A DNA stretch of 64,000 nucleotides from Candidatus Limnocylindria bacterium (GCA_036004845.1 DASYRA010000001.1:282-64281), one strand, 5' to 3'; counted from the first letter of the stretch, positions 27,547-38,269 are shown. Numbers and translations are program-made. Notes: generated by a model not told the origin, from the sequence alone.

Positions 27547-27765
27547 TTGGCGAAGAAGGATGCGATCGAGGTCGAGGGCGAGGTTGTGCTCCCCTTGCCC
27601 AACGCGATGTTCAAGGTGCGACTGGAGAACGGTCACGAGGTTCTCGCCCACATCTCCGGCAAGCTGCGCCAGAACTTCATCCGCATCCTGCCCGGCGACA
27701 CCGTCCGCGTCGAGCTGAGTCCCTACGACCTCACCAGGGGTCGCATCACCTACAGGATGAGATGA
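27547..27765 (+). CDS. infA: Translation initiation factor IF-1
   Basis: TTG start. [50 protein letters not shown]. Confidence 0.96.
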   Translation: MAKKDAIEVEGEVVLPLPNAMFKVRLENGHEVLAHISGKLRQNFIRILPGDTVRVELSPYDLTRGRITYRMR

Positions 27766-27875
27766 AGGTTTCTGCCTCCGTGAAGCCGCGCTGTGAGCGC
27801 TGCAAGGTCATCAAGCGCTCCGGCGTGGTGATGGTCATCTGCGTCATCCCCAAGCACAAGCAGCGACAGGGCTAG
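27762..27875 (+). CDS. rpmJ: 50S ribosomal protein L36 (zinc type, 37 aa)
   Basis: Translated by hand, since it is too short for the track: [41 protein letters not shown] overlap with infA. Confidence 0.93.
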   Translation: MKVSASVKPRCERCKVIKRSGVVMVICVIPKHKQRQG

Positions 27876-27882
27876 GGCGCCG

Positions 27883-28254
27883 ATGGCACGCATCGCCGGT
27901 GTCGATATTCCCCGCGAGAAGCGGGTCGTCGTCTCGCTGACCTATATCCACGGCATCGGCCCGAGCTCGTCGCAGCAGATCCTGACCGCGGCCAACGTGC
28001 CGCAGGCGACCCGGGTTCGCGACCTCACCGAGGAGGAGGTCAACCGCCTCCGCGAGGTGATCGACAAGCGCTTCAAGGTGGAAGGCGACCTCCGCCGCGA
28101 AGTCAGCATGAACATCAAGCGGCTGATGGAGATCGGCTCGTATCGCGGCCTGCGACACCGGCGCAACCTGCCGGTGCGCGGCCAGCGCACCAAGACGAAC
28201 GCCCGCCAGCGACGCGGTCCGCGCAAGACCGTCGGCGTCCGGCGCAAGAAGTAG
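27883..28254 (+). CDS. rpsM: 30S ribosomal protein S13
   Basis: [26 protein letters not shown]..., [22 protein letters not shown]. Confidence 0.97.
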   Translation: MARIAGVDIPREKRVVVSLTYIHGIGPSSSQQILTAANVPQATRVRDLTEEEVNRLREVIDKRFKVEGDLRREVSMNIKRLMEIGSYRGLRHRRNLPVRGQRTKTNARQRRGPRKTVGVRRKK

Positions 28255-28269
28255 CGACACAGGAGTTCC

Positions 28270-28665
28270 ATGGCTGAGCGAAAGAAGGCGACCCGCACCA
28301 AGAAGCGCGAGAAGAAGAACGTGCCGACCGGGCACGCCCACATCCAGTCGACCTTCAACAACACGATCGTGACCATCACCGACATGACCGGCAACGTCAT
28401 CAGCTGGGGGAGCGCCGGGCTGGTCGGCTTCAAGGGCTCGCGCAAGAGCACGCCATACGCCGCGGCACAGACCGCCGACGGCGCCGCGAAGCGCGCCATG
28501 GAGCACGGGATGCGCCAGATCGAGGTCTTCGTCAAGGGCCCCGGCGCCGGTCGCGAACAGGCGATCCGCTCGCTCCAGACCGCCGGCCTGGAAGTCACCG
28601 CCATCACCGACGTGACCCCCATTCCGCACAACGGCTGCCGCCCGCCCAAGCGGCGCAGGGTCTGA
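28270..28665 (+). CDS. rpsK: 30S ribosomal protein S11
   Basis: [30 protein letters not shown]..., [20 protein letters not shown]. Confidence 0.97.
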   Translation: MAERKKATRTKKREKKNVPTGHAHIQSTFNNTIVTITDMTGNVISWGSAGLVGFKGSRKSTPYAAAQTADGAAKRAMEHGMRQIEVFVKGPGAGREQAIRSLQTAGLEVTAITDVTPIPHNGCRPPKRRRV

Positions 28666-28669
28666 GCCG

Positions 28670-29296
28670 ATGGCCCGCTACACCGACCCTGTCTGCCGCA
28701 TCTGCCGTCGCGAGGGGCTCAAGCTCTTCCTGAAGGGGAGCCGCTGCTTTAGCAAGAAATGCGCCTTCGAGCGCCGCAGCACGCCGCCCGGCATGAACAC
28801 CCAGCGCCGCCGCAAGGTCAGCGAGTTCGGGATGCAGATGCGCGAGAAGCAGAAGGTCCGCCGCAGCTATTCGGTGCTCGAGAAGCAGTTCCGCAACTAC
28901 TTCGCGAAGGCCGAGCAGCGCAAGGGGATGACCGGCGAGAACTTGCTCCGTCTGCTCGAGATGCGGCTCGACAACGTCGTCTTCCGGATGGGCTTCGCCC
29001 GCTCGCGCGCCGAGGCGCGCCAGCTCGTCAACCACCGCCACTTCACGGTGAACGGGCGTCCGACGGACATTCCAAGCTTCGGGACCAAGGTCGGCGACCG
29101 GATCGAGGTCCGCGAGAGCCGACGCAGTCGCGAGATCTTCAAGACCGCCGCCGAGACGATGAAGTCGGCGTCGATCCCCGAGTGGGTGAGCATCGATGCG
29201 GCCAAGCTGGCCGGATCGGTGCTGTCCGAACCAGCCAGAGAGCAGATGCCGCTCGAATTCAACGAGCAGCTCGTCGTCGAGTACTACTCGCGATAG
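28670..29296 (+). CDS. rpsD: 30S ribosomal protein S4
   Basis: [27 protein letters not shown]4 domain [25 protein letters not shown]. Confidence 0.97.
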   Translation: MARYTDPVCRICRREGLKLFLKGSRCFSKKCAFERRSTPPGMNTQRRRKVSEFGMQMREKQKVRRSYSVLEKQFRNYFAKAEQRKGMTGENLLRLLEMRLDNVVFRMGFARSRAEARQLVNHRHFTVNGRPTDIPSFGTKVGDRIEVRESRRSREIFKTAAETMKSASIPEWVSIDAAKLAGSVLSEPAREQMPLEFNEQLVVEYYSR

Positions 29297-29317
29297 CAGC
29301 AGGAGTCATACGCCTTC

Positions 29318-30337
29318 ATGATCGAACTTGAGTCCACGCCGACCACCCGCATCGAGGAGGTCGAAACGCGCGGCGACCTTTCCATCTTCGAGGTCAACCC
29401 GCTGGCCGACGGCTACGGGGTGACGCTCGGCAACGCGCTGCGCCGCGTCCTGCTGAATTCGCTCGAGGGGGCCGCCGTCACATCGGTCCAGGTGGCCGGC
29501 GTCTTCCACGAGTTCAGCACCATCGACAACGTCAAGGAGGATGTCACCCAGATCGTCCTCAACATCAAGAAGCTGCGCCTGCGCTCGTTCGCCCGCCACG
29601 CCGTCACCCTGAAGCTGATGAAGCACGGTGCCGGACCGGTCACCGCCGCCGATATCACCGAGTCGGCCGATGTCGAGATCGTCAACCCGGAGCTTCTCCT
29701 GCTGACCCTCGACTCGGATGCCGGCTCGATCGAGATGGACCTGACCGTGGAGACGGGGGTCGGCTACCGACCCGCCGAGCACGCGGAGGACCTGCCGATC
29801 GGGATCATCCCGGTCGACGCCATCTTTACCCCGGTGCGCCGCGTGAACTTCATCGTCAGCGACACCCGCGTCGGCCAGATGACCAACTTCGACCGCCTGA
29901 CGCTCGAGATCGAGACCGATGGCACGACCACCCCGAAGGCAGCACTGTCGAGCGCCGCCGAGATCCTGGTGCAGGAGTTCAGCCGGTTCGCCGAGATCGG
30001 GCGTCGACCGCTCCCCGGCTCGGAGGACGTCCCCGCGATGGTGAGCGCCAACCTGCTCGACGCTCCGATCGAGGAGCTCGACTTGCCGATGCGGGCCTAC
30101 AACAGCCTCAAGCGCAACAACATCACCAAGATCGGCCAGCTCCTGGCGCTCGGTGACGACGAGCTGCTGCGGATGCGCAACTTCGGCAAGAAGAGCCTCG
30201 ACGAGATGAAGGAGCGCCTGGCGCTCCGCGGCTTCATCGTGCCGGAGAGCGGGGCGGGGAGCGTCGACGAGTCCGACCTGCCGGCCGCGGCCGAGCTCGA
30301 CGAGGCCGCCGCGGCCGAGCTCGACCGAGAGGGCTGA
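29318..30337 (+). CDS. rpoA: DNA-directed RNA polymerase subunit alpha
   Basis: GYGVTLGNALRRVLLNSLEGAAVT. C-terminal domain ELDLPMRAYNSLKRNNITKIGQL. Confidence 0.97.
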   Translation: MIELESTPTTRIEEVETRGDLSIFEVNPLADGYGVTLGNALRRVLLNSLEGAAVTSVQVAGVFHEFSTIDNVKEDVTQIVLNIKKLRLRSFARHAVTLKLMKHGAGPVTAADITESADVEIVNPELLLLTLDSDAGSIEMDLTVETGVGYRPAEHAEDLPIGIIPVDAIFTPVRRVNFIVSDTRVGQMTNFDRLTLEIETDGTTTPKAALSSAAEILVQEFSRFAEIGRRPLPGSEDVPAMVSANLLDAPIEELDLPMRAYNSLKRNNITKIGQLLALGDDELLRMRNFGKKSLDEMKERLALRGFIVPESGAGSVDESDLPAAAELDEAAAAELDREG

Positions 30338-30340
30338 GCG

Positions 30341-30694
30341 ATGCCCCATCGGTTGGCCGGCCGCAGGCTCGGCCGCGCGAGCGACCACCGTCTGCACATG
30401 CTGGACAACCTGGCGGTGTCGGTGCTCCGCTATGAGAGGGTCAGGACGACCGAGGCCAAGGCCAAGGAGGTCCGCGGCCGCGTCGACCACATGATCACGC
30501 TGGCGAAGCGCGGGGACCTCTCGGCACGCCGCCTCCTCATCTCTGCCATGCCGGATGAGCCCCTCATCATCGACAAGCTGATGGGCGAGCTGGCCACCAA
30601 ATACGCCGACCGAAGCTCTGGCTACACCCGGATCGTCAAGATCGGGCCGCGGCTGGGAGATGCGGCGGCCATGGTCCAGATCGAGCTGGTCTAG
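30341..30694 (+). CDS. rplQ: 50S ribosomal protein L17
   Basis: MPHRLAGRRLGRASDHRLHMLDNLAVSVLRYERVRTTEAKAKE... Confidence 0.96.
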   Translation: MPHRLAGRRLGRASDHRLHMLDNLAVSVLRYERVRTTEAKAKEVRGRVDHMITLAKRGDLSARRLLISAMPDEPLIIDKLMGELATKYADRSSGYTRIVKIGPRLGDAAAMVQIELV

Positions 30695-30720
30695 CGAGAC
30701 CGGCCGTACCTGGGCGGACA

Positions 30721-31539
30721 ATGGAAGACGGACCGATGCCACCCTCTGGACGCCGATGTGCACGGGCGGTGATCGAGTACGACGGGACCGACTTCGCCGG
30801 CTCCCAGTACCAGCCGCGGGTGCGGACGGTGCAGGGGGAGCTGGAGGAGGCGCTTAACAGACTGACCGGCGAGCGGACGCGTGTCCGATTCGCCGGGCGA
30901 ACCGATGCCGGGGTGCATGCCACCGGCCAGGTCGCGGCCTTCTGCCTCACTCGCCGCCGTCGCGGTGAGGGGGTCGGATGGCCGGAGCTGCGGCGACGGT
31001 TGAATGCCGTCCTCCCGCCGGACCTGGCATTGCGGTCGCTCCGCCCGGCGTCCGCGGGTTTCGACCCGCGGCGTGACGCTCGCGCGCGCGTCTACCGCTA
31101 CCGAATCCGGATGGCGGGGGACAAGCGGCCGGCGGACAGGCATCGGACGCTCGAGATCGGCGATCGGCTCGATGTCACGGCCATGCGGGCCGCGGCGGCG
31201 GAGCTCCCCGGAGAACGCGACTTCGCGGCCCTGGGGAGCGACGCGACGGGTCGGACCATCCGCCACCTGCGGGAGGTGTCGGTCGTGCAGCGCGGGACCT
31301 CCGTGGAGATCCGGGTCACGGCCAACGCGTTCCTGCGGCGAATGGTGCGCAGCATCGTGGCCATCCTCCTCGAGGCGGGCCGCGGCAGGCTGGCACCCGG
31401 ATCGGTCGCCGGGTTGCTCGACGCAGGTGAGCGTGCCCTCCGTGGGCGCGCCGCACCGGCGCGCGGGCTCACGCTCGAGCGGGTCATCTATTCGAAGAGG
31501 AAGCCGGCGACCACGGGATCGAGGAAGAAGGCAACGTGA
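30721..31539 (+). CDS. truA: tRNA pseudouridine(38-40) synthase
   Basis: [29 protein letters not shown]. Start is ATG 30721 or ATG 30736. Confidence 0.9.
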   Translation: MEDGPMPPSGRRCARAVIEYDGTDFAGSQYQPRVRTVQGELEEALNRLTGERTRVRFAGRTDAGVHATGQVAAFCLTRRRRGEGVGWPELRRRLNAVLPPDLALRSLRPASAGFDPRRDARARVYRYRIRMAGDKRPADRHRTLEIGDRLDVTAMRAAAAELPGERDFAALGSDATGRTIRHLREVSVVQRGTSVEIRVTANAFLRRMVRSIVAILLEAGRGRLAPGSVAGLLDAGERALRGRAAPARGLTLERVIYSKRKPATTGSRKKAT

Positions 31540-31964
31540 CAACGTACGCAGTCAAGGCGAGCGAGATCGAGCGCAGCTGGTGGGTGGTGGATGCCGCCGA
31601 CCAGACGCTGGGTCGCCTCGCCACGCGCATCGCCACGCTGCTGGAGGGGAAGCACAAGCCGATCTACTCGCCCCACCTCGATACCGGGGACCACGTGGTG
31701 GTCATCAACGCCGCCCGGGTCAGGGTGACCGGCAACAAGCTGACCCAGAAGGCGTACTACCGCCACTCCGGCTATCCCGGCGGGCTGAAGGAGGAGAGCC
31801 TCGGCGCCCTCATGGCCCGCAAGCCCGAGATCGTCATCGAGCGGGCGGTGAAGGGGATGCTGCCCCAGAACCGGCTCGGTCGCGCGATGTTCAAGAAGCT
31901 CCATGTCTATCGCGGGCCGGAGCACCGCCATCAGGCGCAGCAGCCGACGGCTGCAGAGCTGTAA
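31536..31964 (+). CDS. rplM: 50S ribosomal protein L13
   Basis: [49 protein letters not shown] overlap with truA. Confidence 0.96.
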   Translation: MTTYAVKASEIERSWWVVDAADQTLGRLATRIATLLEGKHKPIYSPHLDTGDHVVVINAARVRVTGNKLTQKAYYRHSGYPGGLKEESLGALMARKPEIVIERAVKGMLPQNRLGRAMFKKLHVYRGPEHRHQAQQPTAAEL

Positions 31965-31978
31965 GAGGAACGCAACCG

Positions 31979-32371
31979 GTGAGCACCACCTACGTTTACG
32001 GAACGGGCCGACGCAAGGAGGCCGTCGCCCGCGTGCGGCTGCTGCCAGGCGACGGAAGCATCGTCGTGAATGGCAAGGATGCGGCCGAGTACTTCGGCGG
32101 CACGCCCGGCCTGGCGACGCTGCGCCTCCCGTTCCGGGTGACCGAGACCGAGGGCCGCTACTCGGCCAGCGTGCTGGTCGCGGGCGGTGGCTTCTCCGGT
32201 CAGGCGGGGGCGATCCGCCACGGGATCGCCCGGGCGCTGCTCAGCGCGCACCCCGACGCCCGTGCTGCGCTGCGTTCCGCGGGGCTCCTGACCCGCGATC
32301 CGCGCGCCAAGGAGCGGAAGAAGTACGGGTTGAAGCGAGCTCGCAAGGCGCCGCAGTACACCAAGCGCTAG
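31979..32371 (+). CDS. rpsI: 30S ribosomal protein S9
   Basis: GTG start gives [21 protein letters not shown]... C-terminus [25 protein letters not shown]. In frame with the tail of track ORF 31004..32371. Confidence 0.95.
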   Translation: MSTTYVYGTGRRKEAVARVRLLPGDGSIVVNGKDAAEYFGGTPGLATLRLPFRVTETEGRYSASVLVAGGGFSGQAGAIRHGIARALLSAHPDARAALRSAGLLTRDPRAKERKKYGLKRARKAPQYTKR

Positions 32372-32413
32372 CAGTCTTCACCAGGCGGCATCGTCCGGGG
32401 GCTCCGGGGCCCT

Positions 32414-33469
32414 TTGGTATCATCGGTTCCCTTGTTCGACGCCATCGCTGACTTCCTCAAGCTCTATCTGCTCGGCAGCTGGACGTCGGTCGTCGACATC
32501 CTGCTGGTCGCGATCGTCATCTACTGGGTCTTCATCCTGATCCGCGGCACGCGCGCGGTGCGGATCGTGATCGGGCTCTCGGTCCTGTACCTCGTCTACC
32601 TCGTGGCCCAGGCCGCCAACCTCCGGCTCCTCTCCACCCTGCTGCAGACGGGTGCCGTGGTCGGCCTCTTCGCGATCGTGGTCGTCTTCCAGCCGGAGCT
32701 GCGCCGCGCGCTGGAGCAGATCGGGCGCTTCGGCTCGTTCAACCGGTTCTTCGTCAGCGCCGACAACGCCGAGGCCGAACGGGTCGCGCGTGAGATCAGC
32801 CGGGCGGCCCGCCTGCTGGCCGGCTCGCGACACGGGGCCCTCATCGTCCTCGAGCGCGAAACGGGCCTGGCCGACCTCGCCGCCGAGTCCGGCGTGCTGC
32901 TCCACGCCGACCTGCGAGCCGAGCTGCTCGCGACGCTCTTCTATCACGGCACGGCGCTGCATGACGGCGCCGTCATCGTCTCCGGGGACCGGATCCTGGC
33001 GGCCGGAGTCCTCCTGCCGCTCTCGCAGAACGTGCTGGACTCGGAGCGCTACGGGACGCGCCACCGCGCGGCGATCGGGATCAGCGAGCAGTCGGATGCG
33101 ATCGTGGTGGTGGTCTCCGAGGAGACCGGCTCGATCTCCCTGGTGATGCGCGGCCGGATCGAACGCAACCTGACCGAGGAGCAGCTGCGCCGGCGGATCC
33201 TCAACCTCATCCGCCCTCAGGCTCCCCGCCGGCAGGCGCCGCTCCTGCGACGCTCCCTGGAGGGCCGTTGGGGGGTCGACAGCGCGCAGGCGGAGCCCCC
33301 CATCGATCCGGATGCCCGCGTCGTGAACGTGGGCGCGGACGAGAAGCCGATCGCACCCGCCAAGCTCGTCGGGGCGCCCGCGGCCCCGGCGCCCAAGCCC
33401 GCGGCCCCGGCGGAGCCGGCCGAGGCGCCCGAGGCCGCTGCCGCGGCTCCCGCCTCGAAGCGCCTGTAG
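32414..33469 (+). CDS. cdaA: Diadenylate cyclase CdaA (3 TM + DisA_N domain, Ala/Pro-rich tail)
   Basis: VVDILLVAIVIYWVFILIRGTRAV, FQPELRRALEQIG, HGALIVLE, ALHDGAVIV, YGTRHRAA, VVVVSEETGSISLV. Start uncertain: TTG 32414 or TTG 32432. A TGGTATCAT extended -10-like motif lies at 32415-32423. Confidence 0.9.
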   Translation: MVSSVPLFDAIADFLKLYLLGSWTSVVDILLVAIVIYWVFILIRGTRAVRIVIGLSVLYLVYLVAQAANLRLLSTLLQTGAVVGLFAIVVVFQPELRRALEQIGRFGSFNRFFVSADNAEAERVAREISRAARLLAGSRHGALIVLERETGLADLAAESGVLLHADLRAELLATLFYHGTALHDGAVIVSGDRILAAGVLLPLSQNVLDSERYGTRHRAAIGISEQSDAIVVVVSEETGSISLVMRGRIERNLTEEQLRRRILNLIRPQAPRRQAPLLRRSLEGRWGVDSAQAEPPIDPDARVVNVGADEKPIAPAKLVGAPAAPAPKPAAPAEPAEAPEAAAAAPASKRL

Positions 33470-34693
33470 ATGGCCTGGCTCTTCCGCAACTGGGCGCTCA
33501 AGCTCGGCGCCGTCGCGCTGGCCACGATCCTCTACACCGGCCTCGTCTTCTCGGGCTCCTTCAGCGACAAGACCCTCCCCGGAGTCCCCATCACGGCGCT
33601 GGCGCAACCGGAGGGGACCTACCTGCTCACCCAGCAGCTGGGCACCGTCGACATCGGCTACCGAAGTGCCACCGACCGGCCGATCACCGTGACGACCGAG
33701 TCGTTCGCCGTCACGATCGACCTTGCGAGCTACGACATGAGCCAGGCACCACAGGTCCAGTCCCTCAAGATCCACGTCCGCCCGCTGACCGATGGGCTCG
33801 AGTTCCTCAGCGTCACCCCGAACGCGATCTCGGTTGCGCTCGACCGCATCGCCGAGACGCAGGTCCGCGTGGCCGTCGATTCCGGGGACGTGCCGCCGGG
33901 CCTGGAGATCAGCACCCCGCAGCTCAGCGCGCAGCGGGTCACCGCCAGCGGCCCGCAGAGCCTCCTGGATCGGGTCGACCGCGCGCTCGCCACCGTGCGC
34001 ATCGACCCCTCAGGGATCGACTGCTGCGGGCAGGTGAACCTGGTGCCCGTCGACATCGACGGACGCCGCGTCGAGTCGGTCGAGCTGGACCCGTCGACCG
34101 TACGGGTCGAGATCGACGTCAGCACCGTCGAGACCAGCCGGACGGTGCCGATCCGCCCCCTGTTGATCGGGGCGCCGGCCCCCGGGTTCGAGGTCGGCAC
34201 CGTGACCGCCGATCCCTCGGTGGTGACGCTGCGCGGCTCGCCGGAGGTCCTGGCGGCCATCGCCGAGGTGCTGACCGAGCCGATCAGCCTCTCCGGGACG
34301 AGTGCCACCCTGCGGGCGACCGGAACATTGGTGCTGCCGGATGGTGCAAGGCTCGCCGATCCTGCGGCAGCGGAGCCGAGCATCGTGGTCCAGATCCGGG
34401 AGACGGTCGCCACGCGAACGCTGCTGCTCGGGCTGGTGTGCACCGGGGCGCCGTCGGGGAGCGCCTGCCTGCCCCAGATCGAGCAGGTGGCCGTCACCGT
34501 GAGCGGGACCGTCTCGGACCTCGATGCGCTTGACGTCGGCGACCTGACCGCCATCCTCGACGTGTCGGGGCTCGGCCCGGGGGATCACCTCGTCCAGCCC
34601 ACCGTCGCGCTCCCCGGGGGAGTGACGCTGGTCACCATGTCGCCGATCTCGGTGACGGTCACGATCGTCCCGCCGGCGACGCCGGCGCCCTGA
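33470..34693 (+). CDS. cdaR: CdaA regulatory protein CdaR (YbbR-domain protein)
   Basis: N-terminal TM (WALKLGAVALATILYTGLVF) followed by repeated beta-rich YbbR-like modules. Conserved position between cdaA and glmM. Confidence 0.8.
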   Translation: MAWLFRNWALKLGAVALATILYTGLVFSGSFSDKTLPGVPITALAQPEGTYLLTQQLGTVDIGYRSATDRPITVTTESFAVTIDLASYDMSQAPQVQSLKIHVRPLTDGLEFLSVTPNAISVALDRIAETQVRVAVDSGDVPPGLEISTPQLSAQRVTASGPQSLLDRVDRALATVRIDPSGIDCCGQVNLVPVDIDGRRVESVELDPSTVRVEIDVSTVETSRTVPIRPLLIGAPAPGFEVGTVTADPSVVTLRGSPEVLAAIAEVLTEPISLSGTSATLRATGTLVLPDGARLADPAAAEPSIVVQIRETVATRTLLLGLVCTGAPSGSACLPQIEQVAVTVSGTVSDLDALDVGDLTAILDVSGLGPGDHLVQPTVALPGGVTLVTMSPISVTVTIVPPATPAP

Positions 34694-36021
34694 TGGGTCG
34701 CCTCTTCGGAACGGACGGAATCCGCGGCGTCGCCAACGTTGACCTGACGCCGACCCTCGCGTACGACCTGGGCCGAGCCGTCGGCCACCTGCTCGAGGCG
34801 TTCGGGCGGCGCGTCGTGATCGGGCAGGACACCCGCAGGTCCGGAGACATGCTCGTCGCCGCAGTTTCGGCCGGACTGGCCTCGGTCGGGGCCGATGCCA
34901 TCCAGATCGGCGTGGTGACCACGCCCTGCCTCGCGCATGCCGCCGCGAGCGGCGAATTCGCCGCGGGGATCATGGTGTCGGCCTCACACAACCCGGCGGA
35001 GGACAACGGGCTGAAGGTCCTCTCCGGCGGACGGAAGATCGATGACGAGGTCGAGGAGGAGATCGAGCGGCTGCTCTTCCAGGCGGAGTCGCTGCCCGGC
35101 ATGCCAAACGGGCAGATCGGGCGGATCACCCAGGAGACGGCGCCGGTCGCGGCCTATCGTGGCTCGCTGCTGGCCGAGGCCGGCGACCTGCTGCGAGGGA
35201 TGCGGATCGGGATCGACTGCGCCAACGGCTCTGCCTCGGCGATCGCCCCCGAGCTGTTGCGGGAGCTGGGGGCGAGCGTCACCGTCCTCGCCGCCTCACC
35301 GGACGGGACGAACATCAACCTCGACTCCGGCTCCACGCAGCCGCAGGCGCTGGCGGCGGCGGTCGTCGCCGGCGGCCTGGAGATGGGGATGGCCTTCGAC
35401 GGCGACGCCGATCGGCTCATCGCCGTGGACGAACGTGGCTCGATCGTCGACGGCGACGGGGTGATGGGGATCTGCGCCCTCGCGCGCCTGGCGGCTGGGA
35501 CGCTGCGCAACCGGATCCTGGTCACTACCGTGCTCAGCAATGGCGGCCTCGACCGTGCCATCGTCGCCGCCGGGGGACGCGTGATCCGGACGCCGGTCGG
35601 CGACCGTCACGTCTTCGAGGCGATGGAGCGGGCGGACGCATCGCTCGGCGGCGAGCAGTCAGGACACGTCATCTTCCGCGACCTGGCCGTGACCGGCGAC
35701 GGGATCCTGAGCGCCATCCAGCTGATCAAGACGCTGCGCGGAACGGGCGCCACGCTCGCCGAGGCGGCCGGCCAGATCCAGATGCTGCCGCAGGTGATGA
35801 TAAACTCGGCCGTCCGCCACCGGGACCAGTGGGAGGTCGATCCGGAGTTCGCGGCCGCGGTGGCGGAGGCCGACGCCCGTCTCGGTGCGCGTGGACGGAT
35901 CCTGGTGCGGCCCTCGGGGACAGAGCCGAAGATCCGGATCATGGTCGAGGGCGACGACGCTGACGAGATCAATCACATTGCGCGGGAGCTGTCCGAGCTT
36001 GCCCGTGCCCGCCTGAACTAG
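34693..36021 (+). CDS. glmM: Phosphoglucosamine mutase
   Basis: MGRLFGTDGIRGVAN, active-site GIMVSASHNPAEDNGLK, FDGDADR, GEQSGH. TGATG overlap with cdaR. Confidence 0.96.
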   Translation: MGRLFGTDGIRGVANVDLTPTLAYDLGRAVGHLLEAFGRRVVIGQDTRRSGDMLVAAVSAGLASVGADAIQIGVVTTPCLAHAAASGEFAAGIMVSASHNPAEDNGLKVLSGGRKIDDEVEEEIERLLFQAESLPGMPNGQIGRITQETAPVAAYRGSLLAEAGDLLRGMRIGIDCANGSASAIAPELLRELGASVTVLAASPDGTNINLDSGSTQPQALAAAVVAGGLEMGMAFDGDADRLIAVDERGSIVDGDGVMGICALARLAAGTLRNRILVTTVLSNGGLDRAIVAAGGRVIRTPVGDRHVFEAMERADASLGGEQSGHVIFRDLAVTGDGILSAIQLIKTLRGTGATLAEAAGQIQMLPQVMINSAVRHRDQWEVDPEFAAAVAEADARLGARGRILVRPSGTEPKIRIMVEGDDADEINHIARELSELARARLN

Positions 36022-36035
36022 GAGCGCCACAGACG

Positions 36036-37865
36036 ATGTGCGGCATCGTGGGGTACGTCGGCCCGCGGGACGCGGCGCCGATCCTGCTGGAGGGGCTTCG
36101 CCGCCTGGAGTACCGGGGCTACGACTCGGCCGGCCTTGCCGTGCTCACCGACGCCGGAGAGGTCTTCGTCGAGAAGAAGGCGGGAAAGCTCGCGAACCTG
36201 ACCGAGCACCTCAACGGCGGCGCTCCCGCCGGGCACCCCGGCATCGCCCACACCCGCTGGGCGACCCACGGCCGCCCGAACGACGCCAACGCCCATCCGC
36301 ATCGCGACTGCTCCGGTCGCCTGGCCCTGATCCACAACGGGATCATCGAGAACTACGCCGAGATCAAGGAGCGCCTGCAGGCCGCCGGCCATCGGTTCAC
36401 CTCGGAGACCGACACCGAGGTCCTGGCTCACCTCATCGAGGAGCGCTACGACGGCGACCTGGTTGAGGCGGTACGGGATGCCCTCAACCAGGTGCGGGGC
36501 GCGTACGCGATCGGCGTGATGCACCTCGATCATCCCAACCGCATCGTCGGGGCGCGGATGAACGTGCCGCTGATCGTCGGCCTCGGGAACGGCGAGGGGT
36601 TCCTGGCGAGCGACGTGCCGGCGATCCTGGAGCACACCAAGAACATCGTCATCCTGCAGGAGGGCGACATCGCCGACGTGACGCCGGAGGGGGTCACCAT
36701 CATCGGCATGGATGGCGTCCAGGTCGATCGACCCGTCACCAGGATTCGCTGGAACATCGCCGCGGCCGAGAAGGGTGGCTTCCCGCACTTCACCCTGAAG
36801 GAGATCTACGAGCAGCCGCACGCCATCGGCGAGGCGCTGCGCGGGCGGGTCGACGAGGCCGGCAACCTGCGCCTCTCCGAGCTCGATGCGATCGAGGAGA
36901 AGCTTCGCGCCGTGGAGCGGGTGTACGTCGTGGGCTGCGGCACGGCACGCTACGCCGCGGAGGTCGGAGCGCACCTGATCCAGAGCTGGGCCGGCCTTCC
37001 GGCGAGCGGCCAGATCGGCTCCGAGATGCGCTATTCGCCGCCACCGATCGACGGGAAGACGCTCGTCATCAGCGTCAGCCAATCGGGCGAGACGGCCGAT
37101 ACCCTCGCACCCCAGAAGCTCGCCTCCGAGCGCGGCGCGGTGATCGTGGTGGTCACCAACGTCGTCGGCAGCGCCCTCACCCGCGAGGCCGATGCGGTCT
37201 GCTACCTGCAGGCCGGGCCCGAGGTGGCGGTCGCGTCGACGAAGGCCTTCGTCACCCAGGTGGTCGTGCTCGAGATGATCGCCCTGCACCTGGCGCAACT
37301 GCGCGGCACGCTGAGCGAACGACGCCGCCGGTCGTTCGGGCTTGCCCTGCGCGACCTCCCGGGCCAGGCGGCCGAGGTGCTCAAGCTCGCCCCCCAGGTG
37401 AAGAAGCTCGCCAGGCGCTGGGGAGGGGTCCGGGACGTGATGTTCGTCGGACGGGCGCTGGGGTTCCCAGTCGCGATGGAGGGGGCGCTGAAGCTCAAGG
37501 AGCTCTCCTACGTGCACGCGGAGGGGTACGCCGCCGGCGAGCTGAAGCACGGGCCGATCGCCCTGCTGGACCCGCACACCCCGCTGGTGGCCATCGCCAC
37601 CAGGGGTGCCACCTACGAGAAGGTGGTCAGCAACGTCGCCGAGGTGCATGCCCGGGAGGCGCCGGTGGTCGCGGTCGCCACCGTCGGCGACGAGATGATC
37701 GATCGCTACGCGCAGGACGTGCTGTACGTGCCTGAGACGCCCGAGGAGATGGCCCCGGTGATCGCGATCATCCCGCTCCAGCTGCTTGCCTACGAGGTGG
37801 CCGTGGCACGAGGCACGGACGTCGACCAGCCCCGTAACCTGGCGAAGTCGGTCACGGTCGAATAG
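36036..37865 (+). CDS. glmS: Glutamine--fructose-6-phosphate aminotransferase
   Basis: MCGIVGYVG N-terminal nucleophile. Tandem SIS domains (SQSGETADT). C-terminal KSVTVE. Confidence 0.97.
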   Translation: MCGIVGYVGPRDAAPILLEGLRRLEYRGYDSAGLAVLTDAGEVFVEKKAGKLANLTEHLNGGAPAGHPGIAHTRWATHGRPNDANAHPHRDCSGRLALIHNGIIENYAEIKERLQAAGHRFTSETDTEVLAHLIEERYDGDLVEAVRDALNQVRGAYAIGVMHLDHPNRIVGARMNVPLIVGLGNGEGFLASDVPAILEHTKNIVILQEGDIADVTPEGVTIIGMDGVQVDRPVTRIRWNIAAAEKGGFPHFTLKEIYEQPHAIGEALRGRVDEAGNLRLSELDAIEEKLRAVERVYVVGCGTARYAAEVGAHLIQSWAGLPASGQIGSEMRYSPPPIDGKTLVISVSQSGETADTLAPQKLASERGAVIVVVTNVVGSALTREADAVCYLQAGPEVAVASTKAFVTQVVVLEMIALHLAQLRGTLSERRRRSFGLALRDLPGQAAEVLKLAPQVKKLARRWGGVRDVMFVGRALGFPVAMEGALKLKELSYVHAEGYAAGELKHGPIALLDPHTPLVAIATRGATYEKVVSNVAEVHAREAPVVAVATVGDEMIDRYAQDVLYVPETPEEMAPVIAIIPLQLLAYEVAVARGTDVDQPRNLAKSVTVE

Positions 37866-37884
37866 CCACCGCCGCATTGCCGCG

Positions 37885-38265
37885 ATGAGCCGCCACGAGA
37901 TCGGCGTCGATCTGATCGACATCGACCGCATCATCGCGACCCTCGGCCGCTTTCCCGACCGATTTCGCGAGCGCGTCCTGACCGAGGGCGAAGCGCACTA
38001 CTGTGGCGTGAAGGCCGAGCGCATCGCCGGTCGCTGGGCCGCCAAGGAGGCAATTAGTAAGGTGCTGGGCCTGGGCGTCCGCGGCGTCGGCTGGCGCGAG
38101 ATCGAGATCCTCCCCAACTGGGCCGGCGCCCCGCAGGTCCGCCTGCATGCCCGGGCCGCCGCTCGGGCCGCCGCGCTCGGGCTCGAGGACGTGAGCGTGA
38201 CCATCTCGCACGAACGACACATGGCGGTGGCGGTGGCGGTGGCGCACCGGGCGGCGGACGCCTAG
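37885..38265 (+). CDS. acpS: Holo-[acyl-carrier-protein] synthase
   Basis: IGVDLIDIDRI..., RWAAKEAISKVLG, ISHERHMAVA. In-frame ATG in track ORF 37786..38265. Confidence 0.9.
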   Translation: MSRHEIGVDLIDIDRIIATLGRFPDRFRERVLTEGEAHYCGVKAERIAGRWAAKEAISKVLGLGVRGVGWREIEILPNWAGAPQVRLHARAAARAAALGLEDVSVTISHERHMAVAVAVAHRAADA

Positions 38266-38269
38266 GCCG

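Noticed and set aside
36022-36035. glmS ribozyme upstream of glmS. I also checked for a T-box or other leader upstream of glyQS (59146-59245).
   Set aside because: The glmM-glmS spacer is only 14 nt. In the ~100-nt region upstream of glyQS I could not identify specifier/T-box or terminator-antiterminator features by eye.
38223-38240. GGCGGT x3 microsatellite near the 3' end of acpS.
   Set aside because: It is short and in-frame, simply encoding (AV)n within the protein. There is no evidence of function beyond slippage-prone GC-rich coding sequence.
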